From: a virus
Lineage: Duplodnaviria > Caudoviricetes
DNA length: 64,000 nt
IMG/VR virus record: IMGVR_UViG_3300045938_000125
Coordinates: 4,721-68,720 of that record
Direction: 5' to 3' (one strand)
Part shown: positions 25,316-34,158 of the stretch, piece by piece
Position numbering within the stretch: the stretch's first letter is position 1
Layout: every line of letters starts with the position of its first letter
Position numbers and translations under genes: made by a program
The notes under the pieces: generated by a model
What the model was told of the DNA's origin: nothing
The model's input: only the letters and a program-made list of their open reading frames with translations
Databases searched by the model: none

Positions 25316-25970
25316 CCAGAAGGCCGCTGTGATGCGGAAGCACGAGCTAAGCGAGCCGGGCTACTACGCTTTTTCGTCTCGGGTGGGCCAACAGCGCCAC
25401 TTCAATGTGCAGACCGCCAAGCTTCTTGCGGCCTGCGGATTGGACCCGCTGCGCCTGCTCGATGCGCTGAGCCGCCCGGCCCCGCCCGACGTGCTCACCG
25501 ATGAGCAGCTGCTGGAGTGGCTCTGCACCGAATGCGATTGCCCCATAACCATCCTGCGGGCCTACGTAGGGGCCGGGGGCGAGCAGCCCGATGGGTCGGA
25601 GTGGGGCCGCATCGCAGCTGGGCTCAACTCGACCACCGAGGCGAGCCTGCGCCGCTGGGGCGACGTGAACCACCTCACCCCGCAGCTGCTGCGCCGCTAC
25701 ACTGCCCCCGATGGCTTGCCGCTCGATACACAGGCCGATATCCTTAGCGCCGACTACGACGGCGAGCCGGTGGAGCCGGATGCGCTGTGGCAATTCATCG
25801 TGGCTCACCCGGCCGGCCAGCACACCTACCGCCCCCAGAGCTACGGGCACCGCCTGGCTGAGCGCTTTCGACGAGTGGCCGGCTTCCGCCTTACCTGGAG
25901 CTACGCCAGCACTTTGGTGGCCCTCATAAATGCGCCCAGCGCAGTCGAGGACGACGATTGCCCCTTTTGA
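25302..25970 (+). CDS. Hypothetical protein with SSB-like acidic C-terminal tail
   Basis: Ends AVEDDDCPF; overlaps the upstream gene by 14 nt. Confidence 0.7.
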   Translation: MPKGDQKAAVMRKHELSEPGYYAFSSRVGQQRHFNVQTAKLLAACGLDPLRLLDALSRPAPPDVLTDEQLLEWLCTECDCPITILRAYVGAGGEQPDGSEWGRIAAGLNSTTEASLRRWGDVNHLTPQLLRRYTAPDGLPLDTQADILSADYDGEPVEPDALWQFIVAHPAGQHTYRPQSYGHRLAERFRRVAGFRLTWSYASTLVALINAPSAVEDDDCPF

Positions 25971-25977
25971 ACGACGA

Positions 25978-26007
25978 AGCCCGGCCGGCAATTGCCGGTC
26001 GGGCTTC
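25978..26007 (+). terminator. Hairpin, probable terminator
   Basis: AAGCCCGGCCGGC-AATT-GCCGGTCGGGCTT; weak U-tract. Confidence 0.55.
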
Positions 26008-26106
26008 TATCAATCACCCGACGGTGTCTCACAACTTACACCGTTGGACTACAAAGCTACGTCAGCGGGCTAAATATTTGAAAAATAAGGTGTTAAAAGG
26101 TCGCTA

Positions 26107-26168
26107 AAATTAGTGTATCTCGCTGTGTATGAAGACCTTTATACTATCAAATCACCCACACAACTCAC
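26107..26168 (+). promoter_or_regulatory. Repeated cassette promoter/leader, copy 2
   Basis: See 23728-23789. Confidence 0.7.
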
Positions 26169-26178
26169 TCACAACCAC

Positions 26179-26499
26179 ATGACTGCTGCCATCAATTACG
26201 CCGCCTCGGCGCTCGCCCAAACCCTCATCAAGCCCGAATACGCCGTGCGCGTGGTGGGCCTGAGCCACCACGCCCAGGTGCCCGCTTGCTACGCCGGCGC
26301 GTGCACCATCCAGGTGCATGGCTTCTACTACCAGTTCTGGTTCAATCACGCGACCGGCGAAATCCTGCTGCGCGTGGAAGGTCTGGGCATCTTCGAGGCC
26401 GAGTACGAGGACGACGAGCCGGCCAGCATCGGCGTGGTCGCGGCCGTGGTCTACCGCCTGCCCAAGCTCCAGACCGAGCCACTTCGGCAAGCTGCTTAA
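26179..26499 (+). CDS. Hypothetical protein
   Basis: ATG after the repeated leader. Confidence 0.7.
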   Translation: MTAAINYAASALAQTLIKPEYAVRVVGLSHHAQVPACYAGACTIQVHGFYYQFWFNHATGEILLRVEGLGIFEAEYEDDEPASIGVVAAVVYRLPKLQTEPLRQAA

Positions 26500-26537
26500 T
26501 CTTCCATTCAATCACCCGTTTAGCCTTCTCACAACGC

Positions 26538-26732
26538 ATGGCAACCGCTCTCAAATCCCGCAAACTCACTATTGAACGCAGCTACCGCCCCGGCAAGTGG
26601 GGCGTGCTCGCGCAGACCTCCCGCATCATGCTCAAGGGCAAGTGGCTCGAAGCAGCTGGCTTTGCGGCCGGCGACCAGGTGCACGTGCACGTGGCCGATG
26701 GCGTGCTCACGCTGAGCACCGCCCCGGCGTAA
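26538..26732 (+). CDS. symE: SymE-family (type I toxin / AbrB-fold) protein
   Basis: RIMLKGKWLEAAGFAAGDQVHVHVADGVLTL. Confidence 0.75.
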   Translation: MATALKSRKLTIERSYRPGKWGVLAQTSRIMLKGKWLEAAGFAAGDQVHVHVADGVLTLSTAPA

Positions 26733-26735
26733 AAC

Positions 26736-26770
26736 CGTCCTACTAGGGCCCTATGCGGGATTACATCTTG
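26736..26770 (+). promoter_or_regulatory. Prophage A late-type promoter copy 6
   Basis: CGTCCTAC-N19-ACATCTTG; hairpin GCGGGATTACA/TGTAATCCCGC 26755-26786; ATG 26792. Confidence 0.6.
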
Positions 26771-26791
26771 AGTGGTGTAATCCCGCTTTTT

Positions 26792-27316
26792 ATGAAAAAA
26801 CTCGGCAAACCCGACAAACTAGACAAGTACCGCATGCACCTGGTGGATGGGGCCGACCTCAAAGAGGACGAGCTCACGATGCTGGCCAAGTATCGCAAGG
26901 CCCACGGCCTGCTCTGCCTCGGCTTCAGCCGCAACCAGGTGCTGGCCACCCTGGAGAAGGAATACGAGCTGAGCCAGCCGCAGCTCTACGCCATCGTGCG
27001 CGAGAGCATCACACTATACGGCTCTATCGAAGAGGTCGATAAAAAGGGCCAGCGCGTGATTGCCGTGGAGAATTACAAGCTCCTGGCTAACCTGGCCCGC
27101 AAGAATGGGGACATCGGCAACGCGATTCGGGCGCAGGAGCTGAGCGATAAGCTGCAAGGGCTCTTCGAGGCTGAGAAGACGCTGCTCGACCCGAAAGCCT
27201 TCCTCATCCCCGTGCCGATGGACTTCAGCACCGACCCCGCAGTACTGCGCGAGCAGGAAACGCAGGATATTGACTTTGAGGACGTAAGCGAAGGAGGCGA
27301 CGACGATGCAGAGTAA
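26792..27316 (+). CDS. terS: Terminase small subunit (putative)
   Basis: Helical protein overlapping the start of TerL. Confidence 0.6.
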   Translation: MKKLGKPDKLDKYRMHLVDGADLKEDELTMLAKYRKAHGLLCLGFSRNQVLATLEKEYELSQPQLYAIVRESITLYGSIEEVDKKGQRVIAVENYKLLANLARKNGDIGNAIRAQELSDKLQGLFEAEKTLLDPKAFLIPVPMDFSTDPAVLREQETQDIDFEDVSEGGDDDAE

Positions 27317-28793
27317 GGAAGCACGTCGGCGCGTCTACGTCAACGAAAAGCAGCGTCAGTTTCTGGCTGCCAGGCAAAAGCGTCGTAGCTACGTAGGCGG
27401 CCGGGGCTCGGGTAAGACCACCGTAGCCGGCCACGAAACCCGCGTGGAAATGAACTACCTGCCCAGGGCCAAGGGCTTTCTGGCGGGCCTCACCTACACC
27501 CAGCTCACCAGCAACACGGTGCCGGCGATGGAAGGGGCCTGGCAGGCCCACGGCCTGCGCGAGTACGACCAAAAGTCGGGTTTTGGGCACTACGTGAAGG
27601 GTAAGCGCCCACCACTTGAGTGGATTAAGCCCTACCAGCCCCCCAGCAACTACGAGAACGTTATCAGCTTTCTCAACGGCTACACCATCCAAATGCTGAG
27701 CATGGACCGGGCCGAGCTGGCCCGTGGTGGTAACTACGACTTCGGCCACATCGACGAATCGGCGCTCATGAAGGAGGAGCACGTGAACAAGATTTTGCGG
27801 CCCATGATTCGGGGCAACATCTATCGTTTCAAGGACGAGCACCACCAAACCTTCTGCGACTACACGTCGGTGCCCTGGCTGCCCTCGGGCCAGTGGGTGT
27901 TCAAAACTGAAGACCTGGCCAAAGAAGACCCAGATAACTACTTCTTTCTCGAAAGCAACGCCTACGATAACGTGGCTGCGCTGGGGGAGAAGTACTTACG
28001 CGACCTGCGCAATGGTATGACCCCGCTGGAATGGGACGTGGAGGTAATGAATAAGCGCCTCACCAAGCTACCCAACTCCTTTTATCCCGCCTTCAATGAG
28101 GAGAAACATGGGGTATGGAAAACCTACACCTACATACACGACGATAAGACCGGGCTCACCTTACCCATTGACAGCGACCGCGACCCCACCCGTGAGCTGG
28201 AGCTATCGTTTGACTTCAACGCGGCCTTTACCTCGGTCACGGTGCACCAGGAGAATGGTAATGAGTTTCGTACCCTGGATGCGCTCTGGGTGAAGCAGAG
28301 TGCTACTACCGTGCTCGATGCGTTGGTATCTAAGTTCATCGCTACCTATGAGAGCCACGAACGCAAGCACGTGGTTATCTACGGTGACCGGAACGGTAAC
28401 AACAAGCAGGTGGGCAGCAACCTCACCTTTTACCAAACCATCCAGCAGCAGCTGGCCGCAGCTGGGTGGACCTCAGTACTGATGGTGCAGGGCCTCGACC
28501 CTGACCACCGGCTAAAGCATATCGCTATTAACGAGATGCTGGCTGAGAACAACCCGCGCCTGCCCGTGCTGCGCTTCAATCGCAACAAGTGTAAGTTCGT
28601 TATCATTAGCATGACCCAGTCGCCTATCAATCCCGACTGGACCAAGAACAAGAACAGCGAGAAGAGTAGCATCGACCAAGAGCGCGCGACTCACCTAAGC
28701 GACTGCTTCGACAACATCGTGTACCGCAAGTATGGCCACCTCTTTGGCCAGGCGCAGGTGCACGAGCCCGTCTACTTCCTTGGTCGAGGCTAG
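27306..28793 (+). CDS. terL: Terminase large subunit
   Basis: Walker A YVGGRGSGKT, Walker B HIDES, nuclease LSFDFN, C-terminal THLSDCFD. Confidence 0.92.
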   Translation: MQSKEARRRVYVNEKQRQFLAARQKRRSYVGGRGSGKTTVAGHETRVEMNYLPRAKGFLAGLTYTQLTSNTVPAMEGAWQAHGLREYDQKSGFGHYVKGKRPPLEWIKPYQPPSNYENVISFLNGYTIQMLSMDRAELARGGNYDFGHIDESALMKEEHVNKILRPMIRGNIYRFKDEHHQTFCDYTSVPWLPSGQWVFKTEDLAKEDPDNYFFLESNAYDNVAALGEKYLRDLRNGMTPLEWDVEVMNKRLTKLPNSFYPAFNEEKHGVWKTYTYIHDDKTGLTLPIDSDRDPTRELELSFDFNAAFTSVTVHQENGNEFRTLDALWVKQSATTVLDALVSKFIATYESHERKHVVIYGDRNGNNKQVGSNLTFYQTIQQQLAAAGWTSVLMVQGLDPDHRLKHIAINEMLAENNPRLPVLRFNRNKCKFVIISMTQSPINPDWTKNKNSEKSSIDQERATHLSDCFDNIVYRKYGHLFGQAQVHEPVYFLGRG

Positions 28794-28836
28794 CCTACCT
28801 GGTGCAGCAAGTGGCAATTGCCATCTGTCAAACACT

Positions 28837-28872
28837 AAAAAGGGCCCTGGCGGTATCGCCATGGCCCTTTTT
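28837..28872 (+). terminator. Hairpin/terminator after terL
   Basis: AAAAAGGGCC-CTGGCG-GTAT-CGCCA-T-GGCCCTTTTT. Confidence 0.7.
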
Positions 28873-29052
28873 GCTGCCCGGCCACCCCCCAGGGGCCATT
28901 CATATAATCACTCAAAATTGCCCTTTTGGCAATTGCCAAATGCTAAAGGGCGCGCACGGCCGCGTGGGTCAGGCAATAAAATTCGGACGCTTGGCGGCGC
29001 GTTTTGCCTGATTGTGGGCTAGTTGCCTCGCCCACACGCAATAATTTATTTT

Positions 29053-29087
29053 CGTCCTACGCGCCGGTGGGCAAAAGTGGCAATTTG
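29053..29087 (+). promoter_or_regulatory. Prophage A late-type promoter copy 7
   Basis: CGTCCTAC-N19-GCAATTTG, ATG 29094. Confidence 0.6.
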
Positions 29088-29093
29088 AGTTCC

Positions 29094-29411
29094 ATGCAAC
29101 GGACTCACATTCATATTCGCACGGTGCTGGCAGACATCGAGCTGCCGGGCGGCGACGGCCAGCCGCTGGCCTTTTCCATCGGCTACTACAAAACCAATGG
29201 GCAGAAGGGCAGCAAGCCGGCGGTGAAAAAAGGCGGGCTTTCCGGCGTGGGTGGCCTGAGCACGGCCGGCCCCGAGGGCCGCAGCGCCTTCCGCTACAAG
29301 GTCAAGGAGAAGGGCACCCTGCAACTCGTGGACTGCGCCACGGGCCAGCCCTTCGCGCTCAAAATCATTCTACTCACGGAATACAACGGCCGGCGCATTC
29401 TGCACGGGTAA
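29094..29411 (+). CDS. Hypothetical protein preceding portal
   Basis: FSIGYYK.NG..G...; typical small gene before Bacteroidota phage portals. Confidence 0.65.
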   Translation: MQRTHIHIRTVLADIELPGGDGQPLAFSIGYYKTNGQKGSKPAVKKGGLSGVGGLSTAGPEGRSAFRYKVKEKGTLQLVDCATGQPFALKIILLTEYNGRRILHG

Positions 29412-29414
29412 GGC

Positions 29415-30689
29415 ATGAAAGCACGGGACATCAAAGAATTAGAGGGCGGCTTGTATATCCTGCCCGGCGCGAAAGCGATAGTCGAACTCACCGGCAGCGA
29501 CAAGGCCGAGGACGTCAACTTCGGGGGCCTGGTGCTGAGCAGCGGCGGCCTCAAGCTGGCACCTTGGGGGCCGGACAACCTGCAACCGCAGAAAATGCTG
29601 GAGCTGGTGCACAACAACCACCTCAAGCCGCAGCTCATCACCACGGGCCGCGATTTGGTGCTGGGCTCACGCCTCGGGGTGTTCAAGCGCACCATCGTGG
29701 GCGGCAAGGAGAGCGTGGAGCCGGTCATTGACACCGAGATGGAGGACTGGTTCGAGTCCATCGACGGCGATTCCACCCTGCAAAGCCTGGGCTTCAACCT
29801 CGAAACGTTCGCCAACTACTTCAGCGTGTTCACGCTGGCGAGCAAAACCTACGTGGAGGCCATCCAGAGCTTCGACTGCACCATCGGCCGCGCCCTGGTC
29901 ACGACCAAGCCCAAGCCCGACCGCTACGCCTTCCACCACGATTTCCGCAATTTCAAGGCGGCTGAGGCCAAAATCCTGCCCGCCTTCGACCGCCTCAACC
30001 CGGGCAAGTACGGCGAGTTCGTGCTGCACGGCCGCGACTGGACACCGGGCCAGAAGTACTACGACATTCCGCCCTACTGGGGCACCCGCAAGTGGACGGA
30101 GGTCAGCAACAAGATTCCGCGCTTTCACTTGTCGGGGCTGGATAACGGCTACAACGTCAAGTACCACATCAAGATACCGGCCGGCTACTTCGACCAGTTC
30201 GGCGACACGCCCGACAAGCGCAAGAAGGCTGAGCTGGAGCTAATGGCCAACATGAACGAGATGCTGGCCGGGGTGGAAAACACCGATAAGGTGTTCGTCA
30301 GCAAGTTCATGACCGATGCCACCGGCAAGCAGCTGCCGGGCTGGGAAATCGTGCCCATCGAGAACAAGATGAGCGACGATGCCTACACGGCCGTCAACCA
30401 GCAGGCCAACATCGCCCACACGTCAGGCCACGGCATCGACCCCAGCCTCGCCGGCATCGATACGGGTGCCAAGCTCGGGGGCTCGGGCAGCGAGAAGCGC
30501 ATCAGCTACCAGCTGCACATCGCCATGCGCACGCCCCAGAAGCGCAAGATTCTGCTGCAAACCTTCAAAGCGGCCCACAAAATCATGGGCTTCAACCCCG
30601 AGCACCGCTTCGGCTTCGTGGACGTGGATATCACCACGATTGCCGAAAACCCCAAGGGACAGGAAAAAACCGCTAATAAAGGTCAATAA
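29415..30689 (+). CDS. Portal protein
   Basis: PWG.DNL.PQ, YY.IPPYW, SG.DNG.N.KYHI, HG.DPSLAG, GSEKR motifs; 424 aa. Confidence 0.85.
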   Translation: MKARDIKELEGGLYILPGAKAIVELTGSDKAEDVNFGGLVLSSGGLKLAPWGPDNLQPQKMLELVHNNHLKPQLITTGRDLVLGSRLGVFKRTIVGGKESVEPVIDTEMEDWFESIDGDSTLQSLGFNLETFANYFSVFTLASKTYVEAIQSFDCTIGRALVTTKPKPDRYAFHHDFRNFKAAEAKILPAFDRLNPGKYGEFVLHGRDWTPGQKYYDIPPYWGTRKWTEVSNKIPRFHLSGLDNGYNVKYHIKIPAGYFDQFGDTPDKRKKAELELMANMNEMLAGVENTDKVFVSKFMTDATGKQLPGWEIVPIENKMSDDAYTAVNQQANIAHTSGHGIDPSLAGIDTGAKLGGSGSEKRISYQLHIAMRTPQKRKILLQTFKAAHKIMGFNPEHRFGFVDVDITTIAENPKGQEKTANKGQ

Positions 30690-30693
30690 ACCG

Positions 30694-31635
30694 ATGTTAT
30701 TCAATACTGTAGATGAATTAAAAGCTTGCCTCTCGTCGGTGCATAAGAGCCAGGCCACGAGCCTGCTCACCTTCGTGGCTACGGCCGAAGCGCTGCACCT
30801 GGCCCCCAGTTTGGGCGAGGGGCTGGTGCACCAGCTGGGCAACCTGCCGGCCCTGAATCCGCCGGCGCACCTGGTGGCCCTGCGCGAGCGCCTGCGCCCC
30901 GCCCTGGCCCATTACGTGGTGCTCGAAGCGGCCCCGCTGCTGGCCGTGTCGATGAACGACCTGGGCGTGAACGAGCAGCAGGCGGCTGGTGCCGCGCCCA
31001 CCCGCCAGTGGGTGTACAACAACTTCATCGAAGCCGCCAGCGCCACGGCCGATAAGCTGCTCGACCTGGCCCTGGCCTGGCTCGACGACCACGCCGACGA
31101 CTACGTGCAGGAGCTGGACTCGAAGGAATACCGCTCCCGCAAGTCGCTGCTCATCGCCAACGCCGCGCAGCTGGGGGCCTACTTGGCCACGGCCGGCAGC
31201 AGGCGCTTCTTTCTGGCCCTGCTGCCCACCCTGCGGCAGGTGGAAGAGTTTGAAATCAGCGACTTGCTGGGCGAAACCTTGCTCGAAGACCTGCGCGACG
31301 GGCTAGCCAGCGGGGCCAAGCCCTCGGCGGCCGCTGCCAAGCTGCTGAGCCTGGTGCGGCCCGTGCTGGCCCACCGGGCGCTCGCGCAGGGCATCCTGAG
31401 CATGCAGGTGGCGCTGACCGGCACCAGCCTGCGCCTGCTCTCCGACAACGAGGCCGTGCGCCAGCGCCTGGCGGTCGACGAAAAGACGATTTCCAGCCTC
31501 AGCCAGCAGGCTACGGCCGCGGCCGATAAAGCGCAGGCCAAGCTCGCCGCTTACCTCGATGCGCAGCGCCCCGACGAGCCTACCGTGTCGGCGGAGCTGC
31601 ACGATAACTCCAACTCTAAAAGCTTCCTGGTCTGA
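30694..31635 (+). CDS. DUF6712-like head-tail connector protein
   Basis: MLF.T..ELK..L; two repeated helical halves; follows portal. Confidence 0.65.
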   Translation: MLFNTVDELKACLSSVHKSQATSLLTFVATAEALHLAPSLGEGLVHQLGNLPALNPPAHLVALRERLRPALAHYVVLEAAPLLAVSMNDLGVNEQQAAGAAPTRQWVYNNFIEAASATADKLLDLALAWLDDHADDYVQELDSKEYRSRKSLLIANAAQLGAYLATAGSRRFFLALLPTLRQVEEFEISDLLGETLLEDLRDGLASGAKPSAAAAKLLSLVRPVLAHRALAQGILSMQVALTGTSLRLLSDNEAVRQRLAVDEKTISSLSQQATAAADKAQAKLAAYLDAQRPDEPTVSAELHDNSNSKSFLV

Positions 31636-32090
31636 TGCTGCGCTTTCTTTTCACGATTGAGTTCGTGCAGTTGGCGGCCATTGGGGTGGCCGGCGTGAGT
31701 GGCTTCATTGAAAAGCACGTGTGGTCGCCGGCCTATACCTACTACCTGCTGCTGCTGCTGGTGGTGCTCGACGTGCTCACCACTAACGTGGTGCAGGGTA
31801 AGCGCCTGCGGCCCCGCAACCTGGCCCTGCGCCTGGCAGGCTACACGCTGATACTGGCTTTCGCCCATGGCTTCGGTCAGCATGAAAAGGGCCTGTTTTT
31901 CCTCACCCAGCTGGTAATTGCGCCCTTCGTTTTGGTGCATCTGCGCCGCTTAATCATTTCGCTGGGCAAGCTAGAAATGGTGGATAGTGATGTAGCCGAC
32001 CTACTTAGCAAGCGCATCACGACCCGCGCCGAAGCCGAGCCACCGGTGCCTGAGACGGAGCCCACCCCCGAGCCTGAACCCGCCACGTGA
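31635..32090 (+). CDS. Holin (putative)
   Basis: 3-4 hydrophobic helices; charged tail; upstream of endolysin. Confidence 0.65.
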   Translation: MLRFLFTIEFVQLAAIGVAGVSGFIEKHVWSPAYTYYLLLLLVVLDVLTTNVVQGKRLRPRNLALRLAGYTLILAFAHGFGQHEKGLFFLTQLVIAPFVLVHLRRLIISLGKLEMVDSDVADLLSKRITTRAEAEPPVPETEPTPEPEPAT

Positions 32091-32914
32091 TGCGCACCTT
32101 TCGCCTCAACAACCGCCCCTACCAGGTGCCGGGCAGCTGGGCCGAGCTTACGCCCGCCCAGCTATTTGCCGCCGCGCCCTACCTGAGCCAGGATACCGTG
32201 GCCGGCCGCCACGCCGTGCTGCGCGCCTGGTGCCCCCAGCTGCGCGACAAGGACGTGCGCCGGCTCACGGCCGAGCAGCTCTGGGATTTGCTCGACCTGG
32301 TGCGCTGGGCCTGGGGCTCGGAGCCCGACACCCAGGGCGTGCAGGAGTTCAGCCACCGGGGCCGCACCTACCAGCTGCCCGAGTCGCTGCTCAAGGATGC
32401 CGTCGCCATCGAGTACGCGATGGCCACCGTCTTCTTTCACCAGTTTGCCCACCCCACCAAGCCGCAGGTGGCGGCCCTCGACCAGCTGGTTGCCACGCTC
32501 TGCCGGCCGCTGCATCCCGACCTGGCCGCGCTGCAGGAAGACCCGGCCTGGGACGGGCAGCGCCGCGAGCGCTACAACGGCAAGCTGGCCGAGGGCCGGG
32601 CCAAAGAGCTAGTGGATGCGCCGCTGGGCGTGAAAATCGTGGTGCTACACCACTTTCTGCACGCGCAACGCTTTATCCATAAGGCTTATAAAGACCTGTT
32701 CAAAAGCAGCGCGCCCGCGGCGGACAGCCCGCCCGGCCAGCCCGCGCCCCGGCCCACCAGCGATGGCACCGAGCTACTGGAGCTGCTGGCCGACCTCGCC
32801 GAGCGTGGCCTCTACGGTACCTACGACCAGGTCACGCACACGCAGCTGCACACCGTCTTGTTCAACCTGGCCAAACAGGCCCGCAGCCGGCGCGCAGCCG
32901 AGAGAAACAACTAA
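32087..32914 (+). CDS. Tail assembly chaperone-like protein
   Basis: P.SWAELT..Q N-terminus, DQL.ATL.RP, AY.DLF, C-terminal GTYDQV..TQLHTVLF. Confidence 0.5.
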   Translation: MMRTFRLNNRPYQVPGSWAELTPAQLFAAAPYLSQDTVAGRHAVLRAWCPQLRDKDVRRLTAEQLWDLLDLVRWAWGSEPDTQGVQEFSHRGRTYQLPESLLKDAVAIEYAMATVFFHQFAHPTKPQVAALDQLVATLCRPLHPDLAALQEDPAWDGQRRERYNGKLAEGRAKELVDAPLGVKIVVLHHFLHAQRFIHKAYKDLFKSSAPAADSPPGQPAPRPTSDGTELLELLADLAERGLYGTYDQVTHTQLHTVLFNLAKQARSRRAAERNN

Positions 32915-33378
32915 TGAAACTATCCGCTACGGGTTTAGCCCTGATTAAAAAGGAAGAGGCCTTCGTGGCCCGGCGCTACCTCTGCGCGGCCGGCAAGCCC
33001 ACCATCGGCTACGGCCACGTGATTCTGCCGGCCGAAGCCCGCTACAACACGGCCACGCTCACCGAAGCCGAGGCCAGCGCCCTGCTCCAGGCCGACGTGG
33101 ATAAGAAATACGGCGCCCACGTGGCTAAGAGCCTCACCCGCGCCGTCACGCAAAACCAGTTCGATGCCATGGTGTCGCTGTGCTTCAACATCGGCACCGC
33201 TGGCTTCAGCCAGTCGAGCGTGCTGCGCCTGGCCAATGCCGGCAACACCGATGCCACGACCATCAAAACGGCCTTCGGGGCCTGGAACAAGGTCACCAAT
33301 CCCAAAACCAAGCTGAAGGAAGTCAGCAAGGGCCTCACCGTGCGCCGGGGCCGTGAAGCGGCGCTCTACCTGTCTTAA
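32914..33378 (+). CDS. GH24 lysozyme (endolysin)
   Basis: IKKEE....YLCAAG.PTIGYGH catalytic pattern, QNQFDAMVS.CFNIG, GL..RR..EA.LY. Confidence 0.93.
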   Translation: MKLSATGLALIKKEEAFVARRYLCAAGKPTIGYGHVILPAEARYNTATLTEAEASALLQADVDKKYGAHVAKSLTRAVTQNQFDAMVSLCFNIGTAGFSQSSVLRLANAGNTDATTIKTAFGAWNKVTNPKTKLKEVSKGLTVRRGREAALYLS

Positions 33379-33388
33379 CCTTACTATA

Positions 33389-34009
33389 ATGCTTGTAAAA
33401 GAACGCGATATCGCCTGTTTTTGCGGCGGCTTCTCGGCTGCCATTGTTGCCGGCCTGCTGCTACTGGTCGTGCTGCTAGGTAGCGTGAGCTGTACCAGCA
33501 GCCGCCCGGTCGCCCCGGCCCACGCGCCCGCCCTGGTAGCGCCTAACCCCGGCCTGGTGCAGCGCCTCGACTCGGCGGCGCTGGCCGGCTGGCTGCCCAC
33601 CGACCTCACCGGCCTGCCGGCGTACCTGGTACCGCCGCCGCCCGGCTCGACTGCCAGGCAGCGCCGGCAATGGCAAAAAGCCCAGGCCCAGAACCTGGCC
33701 CGCGCCGGCGTGCTGCCCACTAAAATCAAAAACAGCAGCGTGGCCACCGCCCCCGGTGCCACGGCCATCAACCGCCCGGCCGCGCCGGTGGCCACCAACG
33801 GCGGCACCGCCACCGATGCGCGCAAGGCTGGCCAGCGCCAAGGCACAGCGGCTCTCGGGCCGGGCGCGGTGGCCACGAGCACGCACGTGGATGCCGGCGT
33901 GAGCTGGTGGGTATACCTGGTTGTCGCCGTCGGCGGCGCGGTGGGCTGGGAAATCGCCAGTGCGAAGGTGGCCCCGCTCCGGATGCTGCTCAGGTGGCGC
34001 TTAACTTAA
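33389..34009 (+). CDS. Unimolecular spanin candidate
   Basis: Signal + lipobox LGSVS-C and a C-terminal TM helix (WWVYLVVAVGGAVGW); directly after endolysin. Confidence 0.6.
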   Translation: MLVKERDIACFCGGFSAAIVAGLLLLVVLLGSVSCTSSRPVAPAHAPALVAPNPGLVQRLDSAALAGWLPTDLTGLPAYLVPPPPGSTARQRRQWQKAQAQNLARAGVLPTKIKNSSVATAPGATAINRPAAPVATNGGTATDARKAGQRQGTAALGPGAVATSTHVDAGVSWWVYLVVAVGGAVGWEIASAKVAPLRMLLRWRLT

Positions 34010-34027
34010 AAGGTAAGTTTTAGACAG

Positions 34028-34061
34028 GCCCCTCTCCTTTGGCAAGGAGAGGGGCTTTTTT
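34028..34061 (+). terminator. Intrinsic terminator
   Basis: GCCCCTCTCCTT-TGGC-AAGGAGAGGGGC-TTTTTT. Confidence 0.9.
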
Positions 34062-34081
34062 GATGAAAATAATGCGCTTTT

Positions 34082-34126
34082 ATGTATCCAGAATTTGGAT
34101 ACATAAGAACGGCCGACGTACCTTTG
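34082..34126 (+). promoter_or_regulatory. Consensus Bacteroidota promoter with overlapping palindromic operator
   Basis: TTTG(34094-97)-N21-TACCTTTG(34119-26); ATGTATCCA-GAATT-TGGATACAT at 34082-34104. Confidence 0.75.
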
Positions 34127-34158
34127 ACATATCAAATCACCCTCACAGCTCACACACC

